Assembly: GCA_964532225.1 (NCBI GenBank)
Contig: CAZHHM010000003.1
Location: 30,005-94,004, forward strand
Reading direction: 5' to 3'
From: an uncultured bacterium
Lineage (GTDB): Bacteria; Margulisbacteria; WOR-1; JAKLHX01
DNA length: 64,000 nt
Every line of letters begins with the position of its first letter. The first letter of the stretch is position 1. The notes beneath the pieces are model-generated. The model saw only the letters and a list, made by a program, of their open reading frames with translations. It had not been told where the DNA came from and ran no database searches. Positions 1 through 10,668 of the stretch are shown here, in pieces. A program made the position numbers and the translations under genes.

Positions 1-474
1 AAACAGCATTGCAAGCAGCATTATCTGCCCCATTATCGCGGCACGGGATATGGACGCGCCCAGCCCTGCCATCACGGCAAAGGACCATATGGAAACGCTC
101 GCCAGCACAAAGACCGCCGAATTAGGAAGGAGCAGGGCCGAACCTATCGTCATGACGACGCCGATCAGTATCGAGACCTGCTGGCCAGACGCGACCAGAA
201 GATGGACTACACCGCTTTTCCTGTATCTCTCCTTGGTATCTTCGTCAAGATCGGCTGCTTTGCTTCCAAGAAGAATGCTGCAGAAGATCTGAGAACTCTC
301 AGGGGACATATACTTCATGTGAAGTCCGGTGGCATGGTCGCGTATTAGGGGAAGTATGCCGTCCTGCCCGCTGTCCTTTGTGAATTGTCTTGGCTGCGGA
401 GGAAAGATACAGAACAGGATAAGTATGCAGAACACATAAGCGATCGTTACCGGGATGACAGGCCGCTTGAACAT
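1..474 (-). CDS. comEC: ComEC/Rec2 competence channel, 5' part (runs off the left edge; not in the ORF track)
   Basis: My translation from ATG 474: MFKRPVIPVTIAYVFCILILFCIF...LLGSKAADLDEDTKERYRKSGVVHLLVASGQQV...GLGASISRAAIMG. It has the Competence-domain motifs G..HLL.aSG and S..RA.IM and directly abuts the comEA stop. Confidence 0.9.
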   Translation of the reverse strand, partial: MFKRPVIPVTIAYVFCILILFCIFPPQPRQFTKDSGQDGILPLIRDHATGLHMKYMSPESSQIFCSILLGSKAADLDEDTKERYRKSGVVHLLVASGQQVSILIGVVMTIGSALLLPNSAVFVLASVSIWSFAVMAGLGASISRAAIMGQIMLLAMLF

Positions 475-1044
475 CTAGATATCAAGATATGGAGAGAGTT
501 TCTCCACTTTCTTCTTGCTGAAACCGGGGACATTGGCAAGTTCGGCAACGGACCTGAAGGGGCCCTTCCTGTTCCTGAACTCGACTATCTTCTTTGCTGT
601 GGCGAGCCCTATGCCAGGCACCTTATCAAGCTCGGCTGCCGAAGCCCCGTTAAGGCTGAACTTCTCTTCGACTGCCGGGCCGCTGTCCGTCACCGGGCCG
701 TATTGTTTGAACGGCACGTTTATCTTCTGCCCGTCCTTTACCTTTTCCGCGAGACTGAGCAGGGAAACATCTGCGTCTTTCCTGAAACCTCCGGCCAGCT
801 TCACTACATCGATGATCCTGTCCCATTCATTGACCTGATAGATGCCTGGGCATCTTACGGCGCCGGTCAGAAAAACGTAGTATTCCGCCTGGGACATCTT
901 TTTTTCTGAGAATAAAGGGACAGTCTCTGTTTTATGGTCTGTCCTGGGCGTACCGTTATGGAGCGAAAAGGCCCCTATAGCCAGGACCGAGCCTATGAAA
1001 GCGAACATGAAAAGCTTTTGTGGGTCCAATGGGATCATTTCCAT
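475..1044 (-). CDS. comEA: ComEA DNA-uptake protein (TM anchor, SLBB domain, helix-hairpin-helix)
   Basis: VFLTGAVRCPGIY..RIIDVVKLAGG (SLBB); SLNGASAAELDKVPGIGLATAKKIVEFR..GPF (HhH). Confidence 0.92.
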   Translation of the reverse strand: MEMIPLDPQKLFMFAFIGSVLAIGAFSLHNGTPRTDHKTETVPLFSEKKMSQAEYYVFLTGAVRCPGIYQVNEWDRIIDVVKLAGGFRKDADVSLLSLAEKVKDGQKINVPFKQYGPVTDSGPAVEEKFSLNGASAAELDKVPGIGLATAKKIVEFRNRKGPFRSVAELANVPGFSKKKVEKLSPYLDI

Positions 1045-1075
1045 TGCCGGAATACCAGCAATTTTCCCGCCGTTG

Positions 1076-1696
1076 TCAGTTCATCGAGTTCGCACGGGTG
1101 AGGATATCGGCAACATACCTGGCGGTCGCATCGGAATAGCTGCCTCCGTTGCGCAGGACCTGGTTTGGACCTTCCGCATACGAGGCAAGCGCCAGCTTCA
1201 CCTGATCGGGACTGCCTACCCATTTATCGAGCATCATCCTGTAATACAGGATCGCCCCTTTAGTGCCTTCTTCGATATCGAACGGGTCCCTGATGCCAAT
1301 GTGAGCGGATGTTGACGGCAGGAGCTGTCCAAGGCCCTGGGCATTTGAAGATGAGACAGAACTGGGGTCGAAACCTGATTCCCTGTCTATGAGACCTGCC
1401 GCAATCCTCGGGTTCACATTGTACTGCTCCGAATACTTCATGATCGAAGAGACGAGGGTGTCGATCTCCTCTCTGCTTATCTTCCTTGCTTTAGAAATGA
1501 CGAATCTCTGTATCTTTTCCGCAGCGTCCTGCCCCATGGATGAAACAAAGTCGGACGGCGGGGCCTCTACGTTGACAGAAGTTGCCGTGACCTGTGAAGG
1601 AGTGTATGATGCCCGGGAAGAAACATCCCTGTCCCCTATCGTCGAGAACAGCGTTGAAACGAATATCAGGACCACCAGTGCCGACGTTAAGTCCAA
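1076..1696 (-). CDS. SLT-family lytic transglycosylase with an N-terminal signal/anchor
   Basis: LIDRESGF (catalytic Glu), AQGLGQL and ALASY motifs; TTG start 1 nt after the purL stop. Confidence 0.85.
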   Translation of the reverse strand: MDLTSALVVLIFVSTLFSTIGDRDVSSRASYTPSQVTATSVNVEAPPSDFVSSMGQDAAEKIQRFVISKARKISREEIDTLVSSIMKYSEQYNVNPRIAAGLIDRESGFDPSSVSSSNAQGLGQLLPSTSAHIGIRDPFDIEEGTKGAILYYRMMLDKWVGSPDQVKLALASYAEGPNQVLRNGGSYSDATARYVADILTRANSMN

Positions 1697-1697
1697 A

Positions 1698-3899
1698 TCA
1701 AGCCCCCATTAAAGAAGGTATGGAACCCTTGTATGCTTCCTCCAATTTGCCGAGAGGAACATTGATGATCTGTTTTCCGCCGGAAGAGATCTTAAGCGCT
1801 TTTGAGCCGACCTTACCTATTATTGCCATGGGAGTGTTGTTGAGAGTGGCCAGATCATTGATCACAAATATCTGATCCGGTGATATGGACATTATTATCC
1901 TTGATTGGGACTCTGCAAAAAGCAGCTGGTCTGACTTGAGCTTGTCATCAAGCGTAATGACCGCCCCTATGCCACCTTCGATGCAGGATTCCGCAAGAGC
2001 TACCGAAAGACCGCCTTCACTGGTGTCGTGCGCGCTCTTCACCGCGCCTAAACGGATCGCCTCATAGGCCGTTCTCTGTACCGATCTTTCAAGCTCCTGA
2101 TCAAAAGAAGGACAAACATGCTGTTCAGCCTTGTTCCTGCCAAGAAGAACGATTATATCGCCTTCGTCCTTGAAGCCCATTGTGCAGTAAGAATTCGACT
2201 TGTTCTCGATAAGCCCCAGCATGCCGACAACAGGGGTCGGATATATAGCACCTTTTTCCGTTTCGTTATAAAAGCTCACGTTTCCGCTAACTACCGGTGT
2301 ATTGAAAGCCAGACATCCGTCCGTCATGCCTCTCAGGCACTCAACAAATTGATTCATTATTGCCGGTTTTTCCGGATTCCCGAAATTGAGACAGTCTGTC
2401 ACTGCCAGTGGTTTTGCGCCTGTGCAGACCAGGTTCCTTGCGGCCTCGGCGACCGTTATAAGACCGCCGGTATACGGATCATCCTGGCAGTAGGCTCCAT
2501 TGCAGTCGGTCGTAAGCGATATCATCTTGTCAGTTCCCTTGATCCTAAGAACTGCCGCATCGGCTTTTCCAGGTGCGACCGAAGTGTTCGTCTGCACCAT
2601 ATGATCGTATTGTTCATAGACCCATGCTTTGCTGGCAATGTTAGGGTCAGAAAGGTATTTTACAAGTTTATCATTAAAACTTTTCCCTGCTTTTGACTTC
2701 CACTTTTGCCTTTTGCCTTTTGACTTTTGACTTGGCCGATCGTAGATCGGCGCATCATCCGCAAGCGATCTTGCCGGCACCTCTGCGACCACTTCGTCCC
2801 CTACCTTGACCCTGAGCATGCCGTCGCCTGTCACTTTACCGAAAGTGACCGCATTAAGTCCCCACTTCTTGAATATCCTGAAGGCATCCTCTTCGGTACC
2901 TTTTTTCATGCAGACAAGCATCCGCTCCTGCGACTCGGAAAGCATTATCTCGTAAGGGGTCATGTTCTCTTCGCGCTGCGGTACTTTTGAAATGTCTATC
3001 TCTATGCCCGTACCGGCCCTTGACGCCATTTCCGAAGATGAGGAAGTGAGCCCTGCAGCCCCCATATCCTGCATCCCGACTATATTTCCTGTCTTTATGA
3101 GCTCAAGGCAGGCCTCGATCAAAAGCTTTTCCGTGAAAGGATCGCCGACCTGAACGTTCGATTTCTTTTCAACTGAATCCTCTCCCAGCTCCACGGAAGC
3201 GAAAGTCGCCCCGTGAATGCCGTCCCTGCCGGTAGATGACCCGACATAGAGTATAGGGTTCCCTATCCCCTCTGCCTTCGCCTTTACCATGATCTCCGGT
3301 ATCTCAGATTCCGCCTCATCACTTTTGACCTTTGACCTTTGACCTTTGACTTTGATCAAACCTACACACATCGCGTTCACTAAACAATTCCCGCTGTAGC
3401 ACGGATCAAAATACACTTCCCCTGCAACTGTCGGCAGTCCCAGACAATTCCCGTATGAGGAGATGCCCGAAACGACCCCGTCAAAGAGATATCTGTTCCT
3501 GGGATCGGTAAGAGGTCCGAACCTCAAAGAGTTCAAGGAAGCTATCGGCCTCGCGCCCATAGTAAAAACATCCCTTACGATACCTCCCACTCCCGTTGCC
3601 GCGCCCTGGAAAGGCTCTACAGCGCTGGGGTGGTTGTGCGACTCTATCTTCATGGTAACGGCATATCCGTCCCCGATATCGATCACGCCTGCGTTCTCGC
3701 CGGGGCCCTGAAGGATGTGAGGCCCTTTAGTGGGGAATTTCTTCAGATGTATCCTTGAGCTTTTGTATGAGCAGTGTTCCGACCAGAGCACGGAATAGAG
3801 ACCAAGCTCTACCAGATTCGGCTCTCTGCCGAGAATTCTCTCGATATTCTTGAACTCTTCTGAGCTTAGCCCGTGCTGTTCGATGATCTTGGGGTCCAT
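1698..3899 (-). CDS. purL: Phosphoribosylformylglycinamidine synthase subunit PurL (small-type, needs PurQ/PurS)
   Basis: [35 protein letters not shown] and VSGNVSFYN motifs. Start placed at 3899 (MDPKII) because a TGnTAAAAT box lies inside the longer ORF start. Confidence 0.97.
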   Translation of the reverse strand: MDPKIIEQHGLSSEEFKNIERILGREPNLVELGLYSVLWSEHCSYKSSRIHLKKFPTKGPHILQGPGENAGVIDIGDGYAVTMKIESHNHPSAVEPFQGAATGVGGIVRDVFTMGARPIASLNSLRFGPLTDPRNRYLFDGVVSGISSYGNCLGLPTVAGEVYFDPCYSGNCLVNAMCVGLIKVKGQRSKVKSDEAESEIPEIMVKAKAEGIGNPILYVGSSTGRDGIHGATFASVELGEDSVEKKSNVQVGDPFTEKLLIEACLELIKTGNIVGMQDMGAAGLTSSSSEMASRAGTGIEIDISKVPQREENMTPYEIMLSESQERMLVCMKKGTEEDAFRIFKKWGLNAVTFGKVTGDGMLRVKVGDEVVAEVPARSLADDAPIYDRPSQKSKGKRQKWKSKAGKSFNDKLVKYLSDPNIASKAWVYEQYDHMVQTNTSVAPGKADAAVLRIKGTDKMISLTTDCNGAYCQDDPYTGGLITVAEAARNLVCTGAKPLAVTDCLNFGNPEKPAIMNQFVECLRGMTDGCLAFNTPVVSGNVSFYNETEKGAIYPTPVVGMLGLIENKSNSYCTMGFKDEGDIIVLLGRNKAEQHVCPSFDQELERSVQRTAYEAIRLGAVKSAHDTSEGGLSVALAESCIEGGIGAVITLDDKLKSDQLLFAESQSRIIMSISPDQIFVINDLATLNNTPMAIIGKVGSKALKISSGGKQIINVPLGKLEEAYKGSIPSLMGA
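2690..2733. repeat. Degenerate heptamer tandem repeat (CTTTTGA/CTTTTGC) inside purL
   Basis: CTTTTGA CTTCCA CTTTTGC CTTTTGC CTTTTGA CTTTTGA CTT; encodes [13 protein letters not shown]. Confidence 0.85.
3322..3355. repeat. Heptamer tandem repeat (CCTTTGA) inside purL
   Basis: CTTTTGA CCTTTGA CCTTTGA CCTTTGA CTTTGA; encodes [11 protein letters not shown]. Confidence 0.85.
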
Positions 3900-3907
3900 A
3901 TACAAAG

Positions 3908-3916
3908 ATTTTATCA
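3908..3916 (-). promoter_or_regulatory. Extended -10 box (TGa TAAAAT), 8 nt upstream of the purL ATG
   Basis: Minus strand reads TGA TAAAAT ctttgtat ATG. Confidence 0.55.
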
Positions 3917-3963
3917 TTTATCAGAGATAAAAAAAACAAGCCGGAGAAAAAAGCAGCTAAAGG

Positions 3964-6060
3964 TCAGATCCTCATCGTGAGGTTGGTGCGGCCCTGGTCA
4001 TCTATCTCGGAAACCTTTACATCTACTTCATCCCCTAATTTGACGACATCTTCAACTTTATTCACCCTGTGGTTCGCAAGCTTTGAGATGTGGACCAGCC
4101 CGTCCTTGCCGGGAGCGATCTCTACGAATGCGCCGAAGTTCATGATCTTTACCACTTTACCTCGATAGATCTTGCCGACTTCGACATCCATTGCGATATC
4201 CTTGATCCTCTTTTCGGCTTCGGCAGCGGCTGCGCTGTCGGCCGATGTGATGAACACGTTCCCGCTGTCCTCTATATCTATCTGGGCCTTCGTGTCCTCG
4301 ATGATCTTCTTGATGTTCTTGCCGCCCGGGCCTATCACCAGACCTATCTTCTCGGTGTTAATCTTGAAGCTGATCACCCTGGGAGCGAATGTCGAAAGAT
4401 CCGTCCTCGGAGCAGGTATTGCCTCGAGCATCTTGCCGAGTATGAACATCCTGTCTTTCTTTGCCTGAGTGAACGTCTTTTCGACTACTTCCATCGGAAG
4501 CCCTTTGATCTTGATATCAAGCTGTATTGCGGTTATGCCGGCTTCAGTTCCGGTGATCTTGAAATCCATGTCCCCGAGGAAATCCTCAAGGCCCTGCAGG
4601 TCGGAAAGCACCTCGAACTTGCTGCCTTCTTTTACCAGGCCCATCGCCACGCCGGATACAGGTCTCTTTATCGGAACACCTGCGTCCATGAGGGCAAGGG
4701 TGCTTCCGCATGTGGAGGCCATGGAAGAAGAACCGTTCGATTCAAGGATCTCGGATACGAGCCTTATTGTATAAGGGAATTCGAGCTCATTCGGGATCAC
4801 CGGCAGCAATGCCTTTTCGGCAAGAGCTCCGTGGCCGATCTCTCTTCTGCCCGGACCTCTCAGAGGCCTTACCTCGCCTACGCTGTATGCAGGCATGTTG
4901 TAATGGTGCATATAACGCTTTTCGCTCTCTTCGGCGTCAAGGCCGTCGATTATCTGCGCATCGCCGACAGAACCCAGCGTAAGCACTGTCATTGCCTGTG
5001 TCCAGCCTCTTGTAAAGACCGCGCTTCCGTGAGCTCTCGGTATCATGCCGACCTCGCAGGTTATCTTGCGTACTTCATCCATTTTCCTACCGTCAGGCCG
5101 CCTGCCTTCGTTGATTATCATGTTGCGGACGAACTTCTTTTCGATCGATTTTACTATCGCCGCCGCATCTGACTTGTTCTCTTCGATAGCCTTTTTCAGC
5201 GCTTCGTCCGAAGAACCCTTGATCTTTTCGACAACTTCTCTCTCGATAAGGATCAGCTGGTCCTGCTGTTTTTCCTTGTCGACGATATTAAGGGCCTCTT
5301 TGATCTTTCCCGAATAGTTCTCAGAGATGAACTTTTCAAGGACAGCGTTCGGTTTGTACACATCGAAGGCCATTTTCGGCGTCCCGGCCTTTTTTACGAG
5401 CTCTTCCTGTACCTTGATCACCTCGGCGATCATCTTTTGACCGAACTTTATAGCTTCAAGGACCTTGGCTTCAGGCACTTCATTGCCTTTGGCCTCAATC
5501 ATCATGATCTCTTCTTTCGTCCCTGCTATAACAAGGTCAAGCTCGCTCTTGTCGATCTGCTCGTTGGTCGGGTTGGATATGAAAGCGCCGTCTATCAGGC
5601 CTACCCTGACGCAGCCGATCGGCCCTTCGAACGGGATATTTGATATTGAGAGCGCTGTCGAAGCGCCTATTACCGCTAGCACATCGGGAGGAGTCTCCCC
5701 GTCAACAGACAGCGGGGTCACTACTATCTGAACGTCATTGCGGAAGCCCTCGGGGAACAACGGCCTGATCGGTCTGTCGATCAGTCTTGAAGTAATTATT
5801 GCTTTTTCGGTAGGTTTGCCCTCTCTTCTGAAAAATCCGCCGGGTATCTTGCCTACAGCGTACATCTTTTCTTCGTAGTCAACGGTAAGAGGGAAGAAAT
5901 CGATCCCCTGCCTCGGTACTTCGGACCCCATAACGGTGGCAAGCACGACGGTATCGCCGCATCGCACCATTACCGAACCGGAAGCTTGTTTTGCGAGTTT
6001 CCCTGTTTCAAATGAGAAGGTCTTGCCGTCGATCGTAGCTGATAATTGGGTTATGTTCAT
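3964..6060 (-). CDS. pnp: Polyribonucleotide nucleotidyltransferase (PNPase)
   Basis: Two RNase PH domains ([26 protein letters not shown]) plus KH and S1 domains; ATGA overlap with rpsO. Confidence 0.98.
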   Translation of the reverse strand: MNITQLSATIDGKTFSFETGKLAKQASGSVMVRCGDTVVLATVMGSEVPRQGIDFFPLTVDYEEKMYAVGKIPGGFFRREGKPTEKAIITSRLIDRPIRPLFPEGFRNDVQIVVTPLSVDGETPPDVLAVIGASTALSISNIPFEGPIGCVRVGLIDGAFISNPTNEQIDKSELDLVIAGTKEEIMMIEAKGNEVPEAKVLEAIKFGQKMIAEVIKVQEELVKKAGTPKMAFDVYKPNAVLEKFISENYSGKIKEALNIVDKEKQQDQLILIEREVVEKIKGSSDEALKKAIEENKSDAAAIVKSIEKKFVRNMIINEGRRPDGRKMDEVRKITCEVGMIPRAHGSAVFTRGWTQAMTVLTLGSVGDAQIIDGLDAEESEKRYMHHYNMPAYSVGEVRPLRGPGRREIGHGALAEKALLPVIPNELEFPYTIRLVSEILESNGSSSMASTCGSTLALMDAGVPIKRPVSGVAMGLVKEGSKFEVLSDLQGLEDFLGDMDFKITGTEAGITAIQLDIKIKGLPMEVVEKTFTQAKKDRMFILGKMLEAIPAPRTDLSTFAPRVISFKINTEKIGLVIGPGGKNIKKIIEDTKAQIDIEDSGNVFITSADSAAAAEAEKRIKDIAMDVEVGKIYRGKVVKIMNFGAFVEIAPGKDGLVHISKLANHRVNKVEDVVKLGDEVDVKVSEIDDQGRTNLTMRI

Positions 6061-6317
6061 TTAATGCCGATGGTCTTTGCCAGCTTTGCGTACCTTTTAG
6101 GGTCTGTCCTCTTAAGGTAGGTCTGGAGCCTTTTCCTTTGCCCCACCATCAGTAAAAGACCTCTTCTTGAATGATTGTCCTTTTGATGGGTCTTCAGGTG
6201 TTCCGAAAGGTGCTCGATCTTCTTGGTAAGAAGGGTGATCTGCACATCTGAACTGCCTGTGTCGGTGGCATGCATGCGGACTTTATCGATGGTCTCTTTT
6301 ACGTTCTTTGCTTTCAT
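6057..6317 (-). CDS. rpsO: 30S ribosomal protein S15
   Basis: DTGSSDVQI..HLKTHQKDNHSRRGLLLMVGQRKRL. Confidence 0.98.
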   Translation of the reverse strand: MKAKNVKETIDKVRMHATDTGSSDVQITLLTKKIEHLSEHLKTHQKDNHSRRGLLLMVGQRKRLQTYLKRTDPKRYAKLAKTIGIK

Positions 6318-6329
6318 ACAATAACGATT

Positions 6330-7214
6330 TTAACACACGACGATTTTCTTTGCAATTGACACATCCCTGTTTATCGCTTTTATAAGATCGGACAACTTTG
6401 AGAACTTTTTCTCGGCCCTGATCCTCTTGATCACTTCGATACAGACCTTTTTACCGAGGAGCTCACCCTTGAACCCGATAAGGAATACCTCCACCGTTCT
6501 TTCCTTGCGGCCGAAGGTCGGGTTCATCCCTATGTTCATGGCGCCTTTGAATTTTCTTCTTCCGATCCTGACCGCGCAGGCATACACCCCGTCATTCGGG
6601 AGGAGCTTTTCTTTTGCCGTCCTTATGTTCGCTGTGGGATAACCGAGAAGCCTGCCCACTCTTCTGCCCTTTTCCACCCTGCCGCAAATAAGATACGGAT
6701 GTCCCATGAGGTCCAGCGCATGCGAGAACCTGCCTTTTGAGACCAGGGCTCGTATGAGAGTGCTTTTTACCGTCCGGCCTTTTTCTACCTTGTCTTTAAC
6801 AGCGGTAACACCGAAGCCCAGCGCTGCCCCAAGCTTCTTAAGCTTTGCAATGTTGCCTTCTTTTCCGCGGCCGAAAGTATAGTCCTGCCCTGCGAAGACA
6901 TGCGCGACGTTCAGTTCATTGAGAAGGACCTTCTTCACAAAGCCGGCATAATCCATCGATCCGAGCTTCTTAGTGAACTTTGCCACTATGACCTTGTCAG
7001 GAGATGAGCTGCCAAAAAGGACCTTCCTCTCTTCGACAGTGGTAAGTAGCTTTACATCTGCCCTGCCGACTACGGAGGCAGGATGAGGATCGAATGTCAC
7101 GACTGCGCTTTCCAGTCGGTTCCTGCGGGCAAAAGCGACCGCGGCATCGATGACTTTCTTGTGCCCCAGATGGAAGCCGTCAAAGGTCCCGAGGGCGAGG
7201 ACTTTCTTTCTCAT
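6330..7214 (-). CDS. ribF: Bifunctional riboflavin kinase/FAD synthetase
   Basis: LGTFDGFHLGH, GYPTANI, GMNPTF and VEVFL motifs. Confidence 0.96.
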   Translation of the reverse strand: MRKKVLALGTFDGFHLGHKKVIDAAVAFARRNRLESAVVTFDPHPASVVGRADVKLLTTVEERKVLFGSSSPDKVIVAKFTKKLGSMDYAGFVKKVLLNELNVAHVFAGQDYTFGRGKEGNIAKLKKLGAALGFGVTAVKDKVEKGRTVKSTLIRALVSKGRFSHALDLMGHPYLICGRVEKGRRVGRLLGYPTANIRTAKEKLLPNDGVYACAVRIGRRKFKGAMNIGMNPTFGRKERTVEVFLIGFKGELLGKKVCIEVIKRIRAEKKFSKLSDLIKAINRDVSIAKKIVVC

Positions 7215-8029
7215 CTTACGAAGATGGACCGGACAAAATAGGTCGCGTCCTTGATGTATTCCGATGCAGGCCAGAAAAGCAGCTGGGACAGGAGGAGCGT
7301 TCCGACTATCCTTCCGAGGACCACATAGAACACCATCGCCCTTACGTCCGATTCAGGTCGTTTGCCCCTTACGGCCTGGTCGGTGATAAAAGCAGCCGTC
7401 GGATCCACCATAAGAGCAAGAAGAATGGTCGCTATACCGTTCACTATTCCGGAGAGCTGGCTGGCCGTCGTCCTGAACTCCGGGACCTGCGCTCCCGCAT
7501 ACAATGACGAAAGGACGCCGATAGCATAGATCGAGACCATAAAGAAGTTCAGCACCAGAAAGGTCGTTGGCAGACCGTGCATCCTCATACCTTTTATCGT
7601 CTTGAGAGAAGGCAGCTTGAACGCAAGCATTATCTTCTTCATATTTGATGGTTTAACGGCCTCGATGAATAGTCTTGGTATGCTGCCGACCCTTTCGAAA
7701 ACATATATCGCCTTTTCGAACAAATGGACAAAGTACGGTATCAGCAGCGCGCCCAGAAGGTTGCCGATAAAAGCCGCAAATATCACTATCCTGAAATTGG
7801 CCGCGAGCTGTTCCGGGGTGTGATGGAGTATTGCCACATCGACCATGCCGCCCAGCAGAGGGGCCTGCAGCATGTTCGACATCCTGGCGATCAGAAAAGA
7901 AGTATTGACGAATGCAAGAGAAGTGGCCACCTGCTTAGTCCTGACCCCGGCAAGACGCATCGAGGACGCGAGAGTCTCGAAGAAATGTATTATCCCCGTA
8001 AGTATGCAGACAAGAACAAGGGCGCTCAT
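7211..8029 (-). CDS. amj: Amj-family (DUF2837) lipid II flippase
   Basis: Polytopic membrane protein with R.AGVRT, RMSNMLQAPLLG, QLSGIVNGIATILL..VDP and GTLLSQLL. Confidence 0.85.
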   Translation of the reverse strand: MSALVLVCILTGIIHFFETLASSMRLAGVRTKQVATSLAFVNTSFLIARMSNMLQAPLLGGMVDVAILHHTPEQLAANFRIVIFAAFIGNLLGALLIPYFVHLFEKAIYVFERVGSIPRLFIEAVKPSNMKKIMLAFKLPSLKTIKGMRMHGLPTTFLVLNFFMVSIYAIGVLSSLYAGAQVPEFRTTASQLSGIVNGIATILLALMVDPTAAFITDQAVRGKRPESDVRAMVFYVVLGRIVGTLLLSQLLFWPASEYIKDATYFVRSIFVR

Positions 8030-8576
8030 TGGACCGGTCTCACTTTCACCGCGGAATGCTTTGCGCTCTCCATCTCATCGCAGAAACGCGACTTAACGTC
8101 TTTTGCGAACACAGGTGCCTTTATTCCCAGATCCTTCAGTGAAAGCACCGGACGCGGAGCCCCTTTGACAGTCAGGTTCACGGCAGCGTGAATGAGCCCT
8201 GACACAGGAGAGACCGTGGCCACGGACACCGTGAGCTTTTTGTTCCCCAGATATATCCCGTTGCCTTTCCTGAAAAGGCCGCGGACACGGGACTTTTTTA
8301 CTATCTCCTCGAACATTATCGCTATAAGGAGCCTCTTTGCCAGTATCGTCCTGCCGAGCCCGGCCCCGAAGATCTCAACAATGAAATGCAGCATCCCGTC
8401 GCTCGATATGAACTCTCCGGCAGCGACATCATCCTTGTCCACCATATGTTCTTTAACCGAACAGGGGCCCTCAAATGATAATATCGCGTCGCCTGATATT
8501 CCCGTGCTGTCCATTATGAAATGGGACCTCAGCTGGGAGCCGTCATATTTGAGCTTTGTTTTGAGAGAGAGGGACT

Positions 8577-8580
<4 letters not shown>
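8026..8580 (-). CDS. DUF366-family protein (lipoate/biotin-ligase-like fold)
   Basis: YDGSQLRSH, F.GPC.V..HMVD..D, MLHFIVE, R.GNGIY...KLTVSVAT..VS..IH..VN pattern as I recall it for DUF366. Confidence 0.75.
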
Positions 8581-10585
<2,005 letters not shown>

Positions 10586-10617
10586 CTATTGATTGCGGAC
10601 GTACTCAGCCAATTTTC

Positions 10618-10661
10618 ATTCTATCACAAAATATTTTGTGTCAAATGAGTAATGTTATAAT
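10618..10661. promoter_or_regulatory. Divergent promoters: TGaTAGAAT on minus (purA) and TGtTATAAT on plus (ABC transporter), with a perfect 16-bp palindrome between them
   Basis: attcta at 10618-10623; cacaaaatattttgtg at 10625-10640; tgttataat at 10653-10661. Confidence 0.6.
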
Positions 10662-10668
10662 AGGACGC

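Noticed and set aside
2690-3355. purL repeats as a CRISPR array or transposon ends
   Set aside because: The units are 7 nt and contiguous, with no spacers, terminal inverted repeats, cas genes or transposase.
3920-3963. Intrinsic terminator after pnp
   Set aside because: A T-rich tract is present on the minus strand, but I could not find a convincing GC-rich stem.
4090-5172. 360-aa plus-strand ORF, and the many other 60-230 aa ORFs antisense to or nested in core genes
   Set aside because: They lie wholly opposite well-supported genes (pnp, purL, lon, ribosomal genes) and show no recognisable motifs, so they are best explained as antisense shadow frames.
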